DNA of 64,000 bases from an uncultured delta proteobacterium (GTDB lineage: Bacteria; Myxococcota; B64-G9), in NCBI GenBank assembly GCA_963754925.1, contig CAVWHX010000006.1:117407-181406 (forward strand). Direction: 5' to 3'. The notes beneath the pieces are model-generated. The model did not search any database and was not told the origin of the DNA. It saw nothing but the letters and a program-made list of their open reading frames with translations. How positions within the stretch are numbered: position 1 is the first letter of the stretch; each line of letters starts with the position of its first letter. The translations under genes and the position numbers were made by a program. Of the stretch, positions 9,629 through 19,836 are shown in pieces.

Positions 9629-10609
9629 TCAACCTGAATCAGTCGGTAGGCCGCAAGCATCCCGAACCGTTCGCAATGTTTTTTGCGCCACGGCGCGGGC
9701 GTTACGGGCGCCCGCCGTGATAATTTTCTCAATTTCCTTTTCTCGTTGCATCCACTCTTCGTAGCGCTTCTTGGCCGGCTCGAACGTTGACAAAAATAAC
9801 TCGATGAGACGTTCTTTAATTTCCTGGTAACTCACGCCGCCCTGTCGATAGCGACCTGCCCAAAGAGCTACTTCATCGGCATCGGCCATCGCACGCATAA
9901 AGTCCATGAGGGAACTTTTATCCGGATCCTTGGGCTCAGAGGTCGGTGTTGAGTCGGTCACGATCGACATGAATCGATCCCTGGCTTCCTGTGGATGGCA
10001 AAACAACGCTATGGTGTTGTGATGACTCTTGCTCATTTTACGCCCATCGATACCCGGAAGAGCGCTCGAGTTTTTGTTGATGATAGGCTCCGGCCGTACC
10101 AGGAAATTACTTTTGAAAACGTGGTTGAATTTAGCTTGGATATCCTGCGCCATTTCAATGTGTTGTTGCTGATCAGCGCCGACCGGGACAGCTTCCCCTT
10201 GGTAGATGAGAATATCGGCCGCCTGTAACATTGGATAGGAGAACAATCCATGCGTTGGATTCATTCCTCGCGCAAGGTTATCTTTATACGCGTGCGAACG
10301 CTTAAGAAGTCCGAGCGGCGTTACCGTTGAAAGAATCCAGGCCAACTCGGTTACCTCAGGAACGTCGCTCTGGCGGAAAAAAACGGTTCGATTGGGATCA
10401 AGTCCCAAGCCGAGGTACGCTGCGGCGATATCTCTCGTGTATTCGCTCAATTTTGATCGATCATGAAGGCTCGTCAATGCGTGATAATCTGCGATAAAGT
10501 AGAAACATTCATGATTGGCTTCCTGCAATTCCAACTGTGGTCGGATCGCACCATAATAGTTTCCCAGATGTAACTTCCCCGAAGGTTGTATCCCGGATAC
10601 AACTCTCAT
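9629..10609 (-). CDS. trpS: tryptophan--tRNA ligase
   Basis: SGIQPSG.LHLGNY (HIGH), VPVG.DQ.QH, KMSKS. Confidence 0.96.
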   Translation of the reverse strand: MRVVSGIQPSGKLHLGNYYGAIRPQLELQEANHECFYFIADYHALTSLHDRSKLSEYTRDIAAAYLGLGLDPNRTVFFRQSDVPEVTELAWILSTVTPLGLLKRSHAYKDNLARGMNPTHGLFSYPMLQAADILIYQGEAVPVGADQQQHIEMAQDIQAKFNHVFKSNFLVRPEPIINKNSSALPGIDGRKMSKSHHNTIALFCHPQEARDRFMSIVTDSTPTSEPKDPDKSSLMDFMRAMADADEVALWAGRYRQGGVSYQEIKERLIELFLSTFEPAKKRYEEWMQREKEIEKIITAGARNARAVAQKTLRTVRDACGLPTDSG

Positions 10610-10661
10610 CGAACTCTCCTAGCTACATGCTCTGTATTCTCAAAAATATATGCCAACGAAG

Positions 10662-10856
10662 CTACAGGTCAAACCGCTCGAAGCGATCCTTATCTGCTTT
10701 GCAGATTGGGCACTTGAGCGGCGGGTCGGGGCGCGCGCAGAGATAGCCGCAAACCTTACAGCGCCAAACCGGCGTGCTGCTGCCGGTTGTATAATTCAAC
10801 TCGTCCCATTTTTCCTTAAATCTCTCATACGTTTTCATGGCTTCTATTGAACTCAT
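10662..10856 (-). CDS. small rubredoxin-like domain protein
   Basis: WRCKVCGY...PP.KCPICKA; CAGGAG RBS. Confidence 0.75.
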   Translation of the reverse strand: MSSIEAMKTYERFKEKWDELNYTTGSSTPVWRCKVCGYLCARPDPPLKCPICKADKDRFERFDL

Positions 10857-10980
10857 TGCGTTCTCCTGTGCAAGTCCTCCGGTCGCATCATTAATGGGTT
10901 TTATATAACAGCCAGCTATTTGATTTACGCTCATTGAGTTTTATCTGCAACTTTCATTCGGTCGAAGACGCCAGACGTTT

Positions 10981-10997
10981 TGCAAACAAAATGCCAA
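10981..10997 (-). promoter_or_regulatory. putative sigma-54 promoter (rubredoxin-like gene / trpS)
   Basis: TTGGCATTTTGTTTGCA. Confidence 0.7.
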
Positions 10998-11050
10998 ACG
11001 GAACTGGGCGAGGCGTATTTTTCGAAGAACGGGCAAGGGGTATTTGACGG

Positions 11051-11066
11051 TGGCACATGTATTGCT
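11051..11066 (+). promoter_or_regulatory. putative sigma-54 promoter of transaldolase
   Basis: TGGCACATGTATTGCT, consensus match. Confidence 0.75.
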
Positions 11067-11128
11067 TCAAAAAACTCGCGAGCTTTTTATTTGGGGAATT
11101 ACTGCCGCCCATGGGGCGAGGTGCAAAA

Positions 11129-12253
11129 GTGAAGGTTAACCCTTTGAAGCTTCTGGAAACGCTTGGACAGTCCATTTGGCTTGACTATATCCGACGGGAT
11201 CTGATCAAAAGCGGCGAGCTACGGCGTTCGATAGAGGAGGATGGTCTGCGGGGAATGACTTCGAACCCGGCCATTTTTGAGAAAGCGATTGCCGGCAGCC
11301 GTGATTACGATGAAGACATTCGGAGCCTGACCTTTGAAGGAAAAAATATTGCGGCAATCTACGAGGCTCTCAGCATACGCGATGTGCAAAGCGCCGCCGA
11401 TGAGTTCCGGCCTTTGTACGATACAACCGCCGGCAACGACGGCTATGTCAGTTTGGAAGTTAATCCGCACTTGGCGCATAACACCGACGGGACTATCGAG
11501 GAAGCTCGCCGGCTTTGGGACCGTTTGAATCGACCGAATGTGTTCATCAAGGTTCCCGCAACCAGCGCAGGGTTGCCGGCCATCCGGCACCTCATCGGCG
11601 AAGGGATCAACGTCAACATAACCTTGCTCTTTGGCTTGCCGCGCTATCGGCAGGTGACGGATGCCTACATCGCCGGCATCGAGACCCTCGCGGCCCGCAA
11701 GAACCCCCTCAGGCCGGTAGCCTCGGTGGCGAGTTTCTTTATAAGCCGTATCGATTCGCTGGTGGATCCCCTTTTGGAAAAAATCGTTGCCGCCGGGGGG
11801 AAAAAAGCTCAGATCGCCGCGAAACTGCGTGGACAGGTCGCCATTGCCAGCGCGAAAAAGGCCTACCAGATCTATAAGGAAGTCTTCGGCGCCGATCGGT
11901 TTCGGAAACTTACGAGCCAGGGTGCACGTCCCCAACGGCTTCTCTGGGCCAGCACGAGCACCAAGAATCCAGGCTATAGCGACGTGAAATACATCGAAGC
12001 GCTCATCGGGTCGGAAACTATTAATACCGTTCCCCCCGAGACCCTTGATGCGTACCGAGACCATGGGGATCCAAAAGCCCGCCTCGAGCAGGATGTCGCA
12101 AACGCCGAGTGGGTGCTGAAACAATTATCCGAGGTCGGCATTAACATCGATGAGGTGACGCAACAACTTGAAGATGAAGGCGTCGATAAATTCATAAAAC
12201 CGTTCGACAAGCTTTTGGGGGCATTGGTCAACATCTCGCCACGGGAATGTTGA
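11129..12253 (+). CDS. tal: transaldolase
   Basis: GQSIWLD, GMTSNPAIF, IKVPAT, VNITLLF, ASFFISRID, LWASTSTKNP; GTG start inferred from RBS. Confidence 0.95.
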   Translation: MKVNPLKLLETLGQSIWLDYIRRDLIKSGELRRSIEEDGLRGMTSNPAIFEKAIAGSRDYDEDIRSLTFEGKNIAAIYEALSIRDVQSAADEFRPLYDTTAGNDGYVSLEVNPHLAHNTDGTIEEARRLWDRLNRPNVFIKVPATSAGLPAIRHLIGEGINVNITLLFGLPRYRQVTDAYIAGIETLAARKNPLRPVASVASFFISRIDSLVDPLLEKIVAAGGKKAQIAAKLRGQVAIASAKKAYQIYKEVFGADRFRKLTSQGARPQRLLWASTSTKNPGYSDVKYIEALIGSETINTVPPETLDAYRDHGDPKARLEQDVANAEWVLKQLSEVGINIDEVTQQLEDEGVDKFIKPFDKLLGALVNISPREC

Positions 12254-12735
12254 AAAAGAATGAGAAAAGGAGGCTGTTCGCTATTTCGTCGTCGACATGA
12301 TAGGTTTTTTATCGGGGCACTGGGCGCTGGTTTCTCCTATCGACTGTGAGAAAATCGATTGAAAGACCCGGCAGTTTCATCTGGCGTCGACGCGGGAAAA
12401 GGTGAATAACAGCCCTGAATGGAGTCCGGGCATGCCGGTGAATCGAGAATACAAAAAGCGTCTGTTTGATTATTATTCTCTATCAGGATACCTATGCGAT
12501 CAGGGCGGCATGCGCGCTGCATAGCTCAATCAAAAAAAAGGAACGTGCCGGTGGGGCAAGAAAGCGATGAGTTCTCTCATCGGGATACGTCGCCTATCAA
12601 CTAACCCTGGTTCCGTAAGATGGCGTCCATGGTGTAATACAACTGACTACATAAGCGTTCACATTATTTCGCGATACCGGCCATAATTGATAGATAGATT
12701 TGAGCTAGCAGGTCATTTTGGATGAGCGCAAGAAC

Positions 12736-14118
12736 CTACATTAACTGATAGATCTTTTTCTTTCGCTTGAGGGTAGTTATTGAAATACCCAATGCTTTTG
12801 AGGTCTTCGTGATGTTTCCAGAAAATTTGGCGAGCGTCCTGCGAATATGTTCCTTCTCTATTTCATCGAGAGTTACGACGGTTGGATCCGTGCTCGGTAC
12901 ACCCTGAAACGTTGCTGCTATCGTCGCGGCATGGTTGTTATGCGCACTGACAACCGCCGCATGTATTCCCTTGTCGAGAAGTTCTGACGGTCGCAACTCC
13001 GAACCACGATGGAGAATAAGCGTTCGCTCGAGGATGTTTCTAAGCTCACGCACGTTCCCCGGCCAAGAATACTCTTGCAATCTGCTCAGCTCAGCATCAA
13101 ATATCTCGACTTCAAGGCCTTTGTTTAGTTTTTTTAGAAGATAGCGACAAAGTTCGGGAATATCGGCGCGGCGTTCTCGAAGCGGCGGAAGCGAAATTCT
13201 TATTACACTGATGCGGTAAAACAGGTCGTGGCGAAAAGTTTTTCCGAGTGATTTTTCTAGGTCGGAATTTGTCGAGGTAATCACCCGGACCTCGATCGGC
13301 CGCGTTGATTCACTGCCGAGCCGGCGCACCTGTTTGTCATCGAGGACCCCGAGAAGTTTCGTCTGAAGGTGCAGAGGCATTTCTCCAAGTTCGTCGAGCA
13401 GCAGCGTGCCTCCTTCAGACAACTCGAAGATGCCTTTTTTGGCCGTGACCGCGCCGGTAAATGCTCCCTTCTCATGGCCGAACAGCTCGGCCTCGATCAA
13501 ATGTTCGGGGATGGCCGCGCAGTTAATGCTGATGAACGGCGCGGTTCTCAGGGGGCTTTGATAGTGAATCGCCCGTGCAACAAGATTTTTTCCGGTTCCG
13601 GTCTCCCCGGTGATTAACACCGGGGAGTCAGATGTCGCCGCGAGTTCAATCAGTTTGAGCGTTTCTCTGAGACCCTCGCCGCCGAAAATGGCGGCCTCTT
13701 CAGATTCCTTTTCTGTCAAAATCGTGAAGCATTCGGCGGTCTTCTTCTGACTTATCGCTCGCTCCACGGCCAAAGGGAGAATTTTCAAATAATTTCTGTC
13801 GATGTCTTTTATTAAGTAATCGGATGCGCCGGCCTTCATCGCCCTAACGGCCACTTCCTCATTGCCGGCGCCGGTGGTAATGATGGTTTGGATGTCCAGC
13901 TTCTGATTGAGGATGTCAAAAACATCACCATCGCCGAGGTGGTAATCGGCCACGATGATATCGAAGGATCCGGTTTTTAGGATTTTTTTTGCCTCGTGAA
14001 CCGATGAAGCAATCGTGCAGGAGAACGGCAACTGTTGCTCTTCAACGAAACGCTGGAAAGCAATCTGGTCGACCCGGTCATCCTCTATGAGCAATAGCTT
14101 GATGTTTTTCATGGGCAA
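12736..14118 (-). CDS. sigma-54-dependent response regulator (REC-AAA+-Fis HTH, NtrC family)
   Basis: GETGTGK, ELFGHEKGAFTGA, WPGNVREL, C-terminal HTH. Confidence 0.95.
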   Translation of the reverse strand: MPMKNIKLLLIEDDRVDQIAFQRFVEEQQLPFSCTIASSVHEAKKILKTGSFDIIVADYHLGDGDVFDILNQKLDIQTIITTGAGNEEVAVRAMKAGASDYLIKDIDRNYLKILPLAVERAISQKKTAECFTILTEKESEEAAIFGGEGLRETLKLIELAATSDSPVLITGETGTGKNLVARAIHYQSPLRTAPFISINCAAIPEHLIEAELFGHEKGAFTGAVTAKKGIFELSEGGTLLLDELGEMPLHLQTKLLGVLDDKQVRRLGSESTRPIEVRVITSTNSDLEKSLGKTFRHDLFYRISVIRISLPPLRERRADIPELCRYLLKKLNKGLEVEIFDAELSRLQEYSWPGNVRELRNILERTLILHRGSELRPSELLDKGIHAAVVSAHNNHAATIAATFQGVPSTDPTVVTLDEIEKEHIRRTLAKFSGNITKTSKALGISITTLKRKKKIYQLM

Positions 14119-14124
14119 TAGTAG

Positions 14125-14538
14125 TCATGCCGGCAGTTCGGAAAGCGTCCAATAGGTGGTCAACGTGTCAATTAAATCAATGAACTGATGATATTCTACA
14201 GGTTTTATCATATACCCAGCGACTCCCAGTTTGAAACATGCGGCCTTATCTTGCTCTTCCCGAGATGTTGTAAGCACAATAATTGGAATGAGTTTTAGCT
14301 CTTCGTCCTCCTTAACTCTTTTAAGAAATTCAATACCACTCAACCGTGGCATATTCAAGTCTAGAATAATGATGCAAGGTCTGGCGATCCGGTTGCCGCG
14401 GAGATGTGAAATTGCTGCTTCGCCGTCCGGGAAGATGTCTAATTGGTTGGTTATATTGAGATCCTTGAATGCTCGCTTTACCAGTATGTGATCAACAACG
14501 TCATCTTCAAGCAGAAGTATCGGTCGCTTATCTCTCAT
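14125..14538 (-). CDS. single-domain response regulator (Rcp1/CheY-like)
   Basis: ILLLEDD, IILDLNMP, VLTTS, YMIKP. Confidence 0.92.
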   Translation of the reverse strand: MRDKRPILLLEDDVVDHILVKRAFKDLNITNQLDIFPDGEAAISHLRGNRIARPCIIILDLNMPRLSGIEFLKRVKEDEELKLIPIIVLTTSREEQDKAACFKLGVAGYMIKPVEYHQFIDLIDTLTTYWTLSELPA

Positions 14539-14549
14539 GAATCGGTCTC

Positions 14550-16922
14550 TCAGTTTTGTAGGGTGAAGTAAAATGTGGCACCTCTGCCTAAGGATGACTC
14601 AACCCAAATCTTTCCTTTATAGGTCTCCACTATCTTTTTTACTATAGCAAGGCCTATGCCAGTGCTCTCCATTTCATCGCGTGGTTGCAGGGTTTGGAAT
14701 ATTTTGAATATCTTTTCAAAATGTTTTGCGTCTATTCCGGGGCCATTGTCGGCCACATAAAATTTCAACTTACCGCCATCTCTGGTAGAACCAATGTGGA
14801 TCTCACCTTGTGGTTTGTCAATAAACTTCAAAGCGTTGCCTATGAGATTCTGAAAAATCTGTTGCAATCGTATCCGGTCGCCTCTGATGATCGGCAAGTG
14901 GTTATCAATAATAACGTTTATATGCGCAGGGGGGGAGGTTAAATCGATCACTTGGGAGATGACTTCATTAAGGTCAACGTTATCCGCCGTCTCCTCGGTC
15001 ACCCGTCCGATTCTCGAGTACTGCAGGATGCCCTCGATGAGGTTATACATCCTCTTAACGCGTCCGACGAGTAAATCAAGTTGTTCGTGTCCCTCGGCAT
15101 CTAACTTCTCCCGGTAATCGTTGGCGAGTATGCTGGCAAGGTTGGATATCGCCCTGAGGGGCGCCTTCAGGTCGTGAGAAACAACGTACGCGAAATCACT
15201 GAGCTCGCGGTTGACCGTCTCCATTTGTTCGATTGCCCGGTTGAGGTCGCTGGTTCTTTCCTGAACGCGCGCCTCAAGTTCGTCGTAGGCGCGGCGCAGC
15301 ATTTCCTCAGACTTCAGGTGTTCGGTCATGTCCCGGGCCGCCGCAAAGACGCCCATTACCTTCCCCGTGTCGTCTCGATACACGGTGGCGTTGTAGAGCA
15401 CCGGAATTTTCTGTCCATGCTTGTGCCGTATATCGAGCGCATAGTCGCGCACGGTTCCTTCCCGGAAGACCTGCTGGTACCCTGCGCGAGCCTTCCGCGG
15501 CTCGGTGAAGTAGTCCGCGAAATCCGTGCCCAGAAGCTCAAGGCGCGGACAGCCGGTTATCGTCTCGGTCGCCTCGTTCACATCGGTAATCCGGCCGTCC
15601 GGGCCAATGGTCACCAAGGGATCGAGGCTCGCCTCGATCAGTCTGCGGTTGTAGGTTACCGCTATCTGCAACGCATGAACGGTTTTTGAAAGTTCCGCGG
15701 TCCTCTCGTAAACGCGCTGTTCAAGCTCCTCGCGCGATTGGCGCAACTCGGCGGCGATCCTCTCTTGTTCGGTTATGTTCTCCTTGAGGCGTTGGGTCAT
15801 GAGGCCAAACGCCCTCGAGAACTGGCCGATTTCGTCATGAGCCTTGGTGGCGACATCATAGTCGAGGTTCCCGGCGCTAATAATCTCGGTGCTTTTTTGA
15901 AGCGCTTTGATGGGATTGGTAATGGATCGGGCTGCGAGAAACGCAGCCAGGAATCCCGCAATAGAGAGAAACGAACCAATCACGATCATGATGTTGCGAA
16001 GACTCATGATCGGCTCAAATGCCTCGGAGACGTCTATTTTAGAGACCAACCCCCAGCGGAGAAGTGGAATATACCGCCAGGCAGAAAGCACCTGGACGCC
16101 TCTATAGTCGTTTGTAATTCCAGAGCCGTTGAGTCCCAGCACCGCGTTCTGAATGGCAGAACCTTGAGTCCCACCGCCGATCGGTACCCGCACATTCAAC
16201 GCCGCATTTTGATCGGCTTTGACGGGAAACAGGAAGATAGCCTCATTGCCCGCCCGTTGGGCGATAACAACCTCGCCGGTTTCGCCCAGGCCGGTTGTGT
16301 TGATTATAAAGTTGCCGATGACTCCCATGTCTATCTGAAAAATAATCTCTCCGGCAAAATGGTCCTCCAAGTCGTTAATCGGCGCCGCGGCAATGGTAAT
16401 GATTTTTTCCGATGATGCCCCATGGCGTAGCACCTCGGAGAAGGCAAGGCCCGTTTTCGCATGTTCGAACACCTCTCTGTTTTCAATTGGCTTGCCGAGA
16501 TAGAGGAGCTTATGGAGTTCGTTGGTCGCGTAAACAACGATGCCGCGCGTGTCCGTGAACATAATGTCATGGTAGCCAAATTGCTTCAAATAGGGTTTCA
16601 TCTGTTCGTCGAACTCTTGAACCGCGGCGCGGTATTCTTGGCTTAGCGGATCGTTTTGATGGGCAACGATGGTCGGAAGGCGCCTTCTAACATTAAAGAA
16701 ATGTATTGCGGCTAGAATATCGCTTCTGCGTTCATGAAAAAATGTTTCGATCTTGTCTTTTTTGAGATCCGCGATTGAATTGAGCTCGACCAGACGGACC
16801 GTAAGCAAGGAATTCCGCGCCTCGATATAGCTCCAGGCTCCGAAGATAATCGCGGGCACAATGGCAAACACCACCAGGATGATGATGAGTTTTATTCTAA
16901 TGGACATCGACCATCTCCTCAA
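14550..16922 (-). CDS. sensor histidine kinase (periplasmic Cache-like, HAMP, PAS, HisKA, HATPase)
   Basis: two TM segments, HAMP, PAS, FAYVVSHDLKAPL, N/G1/F/G2 boxes. Confidence 0.93.
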   Translation of the reverse strand: MRRWSMSIRIKLIIILVVFAIVPAIIFGAWSYIEARNSLLTVRLVELNSIADLKKDKIETFFHERRSDILAAIHFFNVRRRLPTIVAHQNDPLSQEYRAAVQEFDEQMKPYLKQFGYHDIMFTDTRGIVVYATNELHKLLYLGKPIENREVFEHAKTGLAFSEVLRHGASSEKIITIAAAPINDLEDHFAGEIIFQIDMGVIGNFIINTTGLGETGEVVIAQRAGNEAIFLFPVKADQNAALNVRVPIGGGTQGSAIQNAVLGLNGSGITNDYRGVQVLSAWRYIPLLRWGLVSKIDVSEAFEPIMSLRNIMIVIGSFLSIAGFLAAFLAARSITNPIKALQKSTEIISAGNLDYDVATKAHDEIGQFSRAFGLMTQRLKENITEQERIAAELRQSREELEQRVYERTAELSKTVHALQIAVTYNRRLIEASLDPLVTIGPDGRITDVNEATETITGCPRLELLGTDFADYFTEPRKARAGYQQVFREGTVRDYALDIRHKHGQKIPVLYNATVYRDDTGKVMGVFAAARDMTEHLKSEEMLRRAYDELEARVQERTSDLNRAIEQMETVNRELSDFAYVVSHDLKAPLRAISNLASILANDYREKLDAEGHEQLDLLVGRVKRMYNLIEGILQYSRIGRVTEETADNVDLNEVISQVIDLTSPPAHINVIIDNHLPIIRGDRIRLQQIFQNLIGNALKFIDKPQGEIHIGSTRDGGKLKFYVADNGPGIDAKHFEKIFKIFQTLQPRDEMESTGIGLAIVKKIVETYKGKIWVESSLGRGATFYFTLQN

Positions 16923-17234
16923 CCGCGAGTATCAAAATGAACCTACTTCGCCAGCGCACTTCAATGAAAAAGCGAACTATCCTCGGTCGATTTGAGCGCG
17001 CTGTGGCATGGTCACCTACGCCCACGCTAGAAATATGCGTGACAAGTGAAGCTGAAGACTACCGCTACCTATTCAAACAAGTCAAACTTCGGCAAACTGA
17101 GACACCACCCAATTCTTCCCGATCATTGACCGGGTTGAATCTCTTTTAAGTAACCGCTGCAGGAAATTAAGGAAGTAGAAAATCGAAAGCGCGCAAGCTT
17201 CTCGATGGGCTATGAGACAACGGCATACGCCTAA

Positions 17235-17627
17235 CTATTCACAATTGCATCCCAGCTTGCAATTGAAATACTGAAACTTAACGGCAGGCACCTTGAGAAC
17301 GCGCTCCACTCCCGACGTGTTGTCCATGGCTTTCGCCAAGAGCTCTATCCAGTTCTCGGCCGTGTTGTACTGCGATGAAGCATCGACCGAGGTAAGTAGG
17401 GCTTCGATTTTCCCGAGGTCGCACCCGACCTCGCACACGGAGAAACAACCCGAAGCTATTTTGGTGCGTGCCCGGTCGATATTCTCAGATACTTCAGGTT
17501 TCAAGACGACGTTCCGTTTTTGGAGGTCGTCCTGCCAGGCTGCAAGCACAGCCCACCTGCACGCGTATTGCTCGAGAACACGTTTGTCGTTTTCGACTCG
17601 TTGGTCTTTTTCAGTATGGTTCATCAT
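17235..17627 (-). CDS. hypothetical Cys-rich protein
   Basis: AAGGAG RBS; C..C...C and C-terminal CKLGCNC. Confidence 0.65.
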   Translation of the reverse strand: MMNHTEKDQRVENDKRVLEQYACRWAVLAAWQDDLQKRNVVLKPEVSENIDRARTKIASGCFSVCEVGCDLGKIEALLTSVDASSQYNTAENWIELLAKAMDNTSGVERVLKVPAVKFQYFNCKLGCNCE

Positions 17628-17939
17628 GGAAGGTTCTCCTTTTGCATTGCAGGGGCCACCAAAGATCTTGGCCTCTGGTCCACCACAGGGACGGTCACTC
17701 TCCTCTTTTTAGTCGGGTCTGATTGTTTACCGCACGGTGATATAATCATCATCTATATTAAACGGAAAAAGGTCAATAGTTATATTGACCGCGAAAAAGG
17801 GGAGGGCATTTGTTCTTTTGCGCCTCACAACTTCAAACCTTCTCAGGCTTCGCGATTTATTTCAATTGACGGCGACCTGAGAAACCTTTAATCATCCTAG
17901 AATCAATATATCAGGGGATCCTGCAGGCAGGGTAGCGAA

Positions 17940-19823
17940 ATGACACAATCGTGGGAAGAAAAGCTGAAGACCCCGGACGAGATCTTTGAACAGATCAATC
18001 CCGGTATGACTATCTTTCTGGGGACGGGCGTCGCCGAGCCCAGGACTCTGGTGAAACGCCTGACGGCTTCACCCGCCCCTAATCTGCGGGATTTGACGCT
18101 GATCCAAATAGTAAGTTTTGGAGAAGCCATTAATATCAAAGATATTCAATCAAACAAATATCGACTCAAGACCTTCTTTTCCGGGTGGGTATCCAACGAG
18201 GCTATCAGCGAAGGCAAGGTTGATCTGATTCCCAGCCGCTTTGTAAAAATTCCCCATCTGATCGAGTCGGGCCAGATCCACTTCGACGTTGCCTTTATCC
18301 AAGTTACCCCTCCCAACGAAGCAGGTTATTGCAGCCTGGGATTGGCCGTTGATGTGGCGCGGCAAGTTATGGAACGGGCAGCTCTGGTGGTGGGCGAGAT
18401 CAATCCTCACATACCCTTCACCTTCGGAGAGACCTTTGTTCCGCTGTCTGATTTCGATTACCTGGTGCGTTCGGAAGACGAGCCGATTTACATCTTCCGT
18501 TGGCCCGTGGATGAGGTCTTTGACCAGGTGGCCGCCAACGTGGCCTCGGTCATAGAAGACGGAAGTTGTATTGTCTATTCCATTGGCCCCCTCTACGACG
18601 CCCTGGCGCGGCATCTCGTACACAAGCGAAATCTTGGCGTGCATTCTCCTTTCTTCACTGATGCCCTGATGGATCTGGTGAAAAGTGGCGCGGTGACTAA
18701 TCGCTACAAAGAATTCTCCCGGGGCAAGTCCGTGGCATCCTATGCGTTCGGCACGAAAGAGCTCATGTCCTGGCTCGACCGCAACCCCTTGGTTGAGTTT
18801 CTGGGTATTGACGCCGTATTTAATCCGCTCAATATCGGGCGCAATCCAAAGGTCGTGACCATCATTTCAGCCCGTAAGGTTGACCTCACCGGTCGTATCG
18901 TGGTGCATGCGGGCATGGGTTCGGTGGTTGCCACTCCCGGCGATGAATTGGACTTCATCAATGGCGCGGAGCTTTCACCGGGCGGGCTTACCGTGTTTGC
19001 GCTGCCAAGCCGCAATAGGAAAGGGGAGGCCAATATTCGCCTAACGGTCGAGGAGTTTCCCAACATCCTCAATGTGCGCGAGTCCGTGGACATGGTGGTC
19101 ACCGATTATGGCGTGGCCAACCTGCGGGGCCGGACGGTGCGTGAGCGGGCGCAATCGCTCATCGATATCGCTCATCCGGATGATCGCGCCAGGCTGGTTG
19201 AGGAGGCCAAGGCCAAGAATGTCATTTACCAAGACCAGATGTTCCTCTCCGAGAGCGGCCATCTTTACCCGGCGGACATTGCACAACGACACGTCTTCAA
19301 AGGAGGACTGGAAGTCAATTTTAGGGCGATCAAACCTTCTGACGAAGAGGAAATGCGCCGCCTCTTTTATCGGTTCTCGGACAAGGCGGTTTATTACCGC
19401 TACTTCTCGCCCATCAAGGTCATGCCGCATGCCAAGATGCAATCCTACGTCAACGTCGACCCGAATCGGGTGATGTCCGTCGTGGGTCTGTGCGGGCCCC
19501 ACGGCGAGGAGCACATCATCGCCGAGGCCCGATTCGTGCGCGATCAGCAGCGACCCTATGGCGACGTGGCTTTTGTCGTGGATGAGAAGTATCAAGGATT
19601 AGGGGTGGCCTCGAAGCTCTATCAGATTCTCATTACCCTCGCCAAAGAACGCGGTCTGCAGGGTTTCACCGCTGAAGTTTTGGCTTCCAACACCGCCATG
19701 ATGAAAGTCTTTGAAAAAGGCGGTATTCCGATCCGGGCCGACCTACGCCAAGATGTCTATGAGTTGGTGATCGCCTTTGAGTCTGCGTCAACCCACGTCG
19801 AACGAGGCGTCTCCAGAAGATGA
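17940..19823 (+). CDS. acetyl-CoA hydrolase/transferase fused to a C-terminal GNAT domain
   Basis: GVAEP, CSLG, VDMVVTDYGVA.LRG..RERA..LI.IAHPD; GNAT VAFVV..YQGLG. Confidence 0.88.
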   Translation: MTQSWEEKLKTPDEIFEQINPGMTIFLGTGVAEPRTLVKRLTASPAPNLRDLTLIQIVSFGEAINIKDIQSNKYRLKTFFSGWVSNEAISEGKVDLIPSRFVKIPHLIESGQIHFDVAFIQVTPPNEAGYCSLGLAVDVARQVMERAALVVGEINPHIPFTFGETFVPLSDFDYLVRSEDEPIYIFRWPVDEVFDQVAANVASVIEDGSCIVYSIGPLYDALARHLVHKRNLGVHSPFFTDALMDLVKSGAVTNRYKEFSRGKSVASYAFGTKELMSWLDRNPLVEFLGIDAVFNPLNIGRNPKVVTIISARKVDLTGRIVVHAGMGSVVATPGDELDFINGAELSPGGLTVFALPSRNRKGEANIRLTVEEFPNILNVRESVDMVVTDYGVANLRGRTVRERAQSLIDIAHPDDRARLVEEAKAKNVIYQDQMFLSESGHLYPADIAQRHVFKGGLEVNFRAIKPSDEEEMRRLFYRFSDKAVYYRYFSPIKVMPHAKMQSYVNVDPNRVMSVVGLCGPHGEEHIIAEARFVRDQQRPYGDVAFVVDEKYQGLGVASKLYQILITLAKERGLQGFTAEVLASNTAMMKVFEKGGIPIRADLRQDVYELVIAFESASTHVERGVSRR

Positions 19824-19836
19824 GGAAACCCGCTGG

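Noticed and set aside
11219..12124. 301-aa antisense ORF (also 5201-5818, 15738-16415, 30118-30705, 31342-31962 and similar)
   Set aside because: Shadow frames of well-supported genes on the opposite strand, with no motifs
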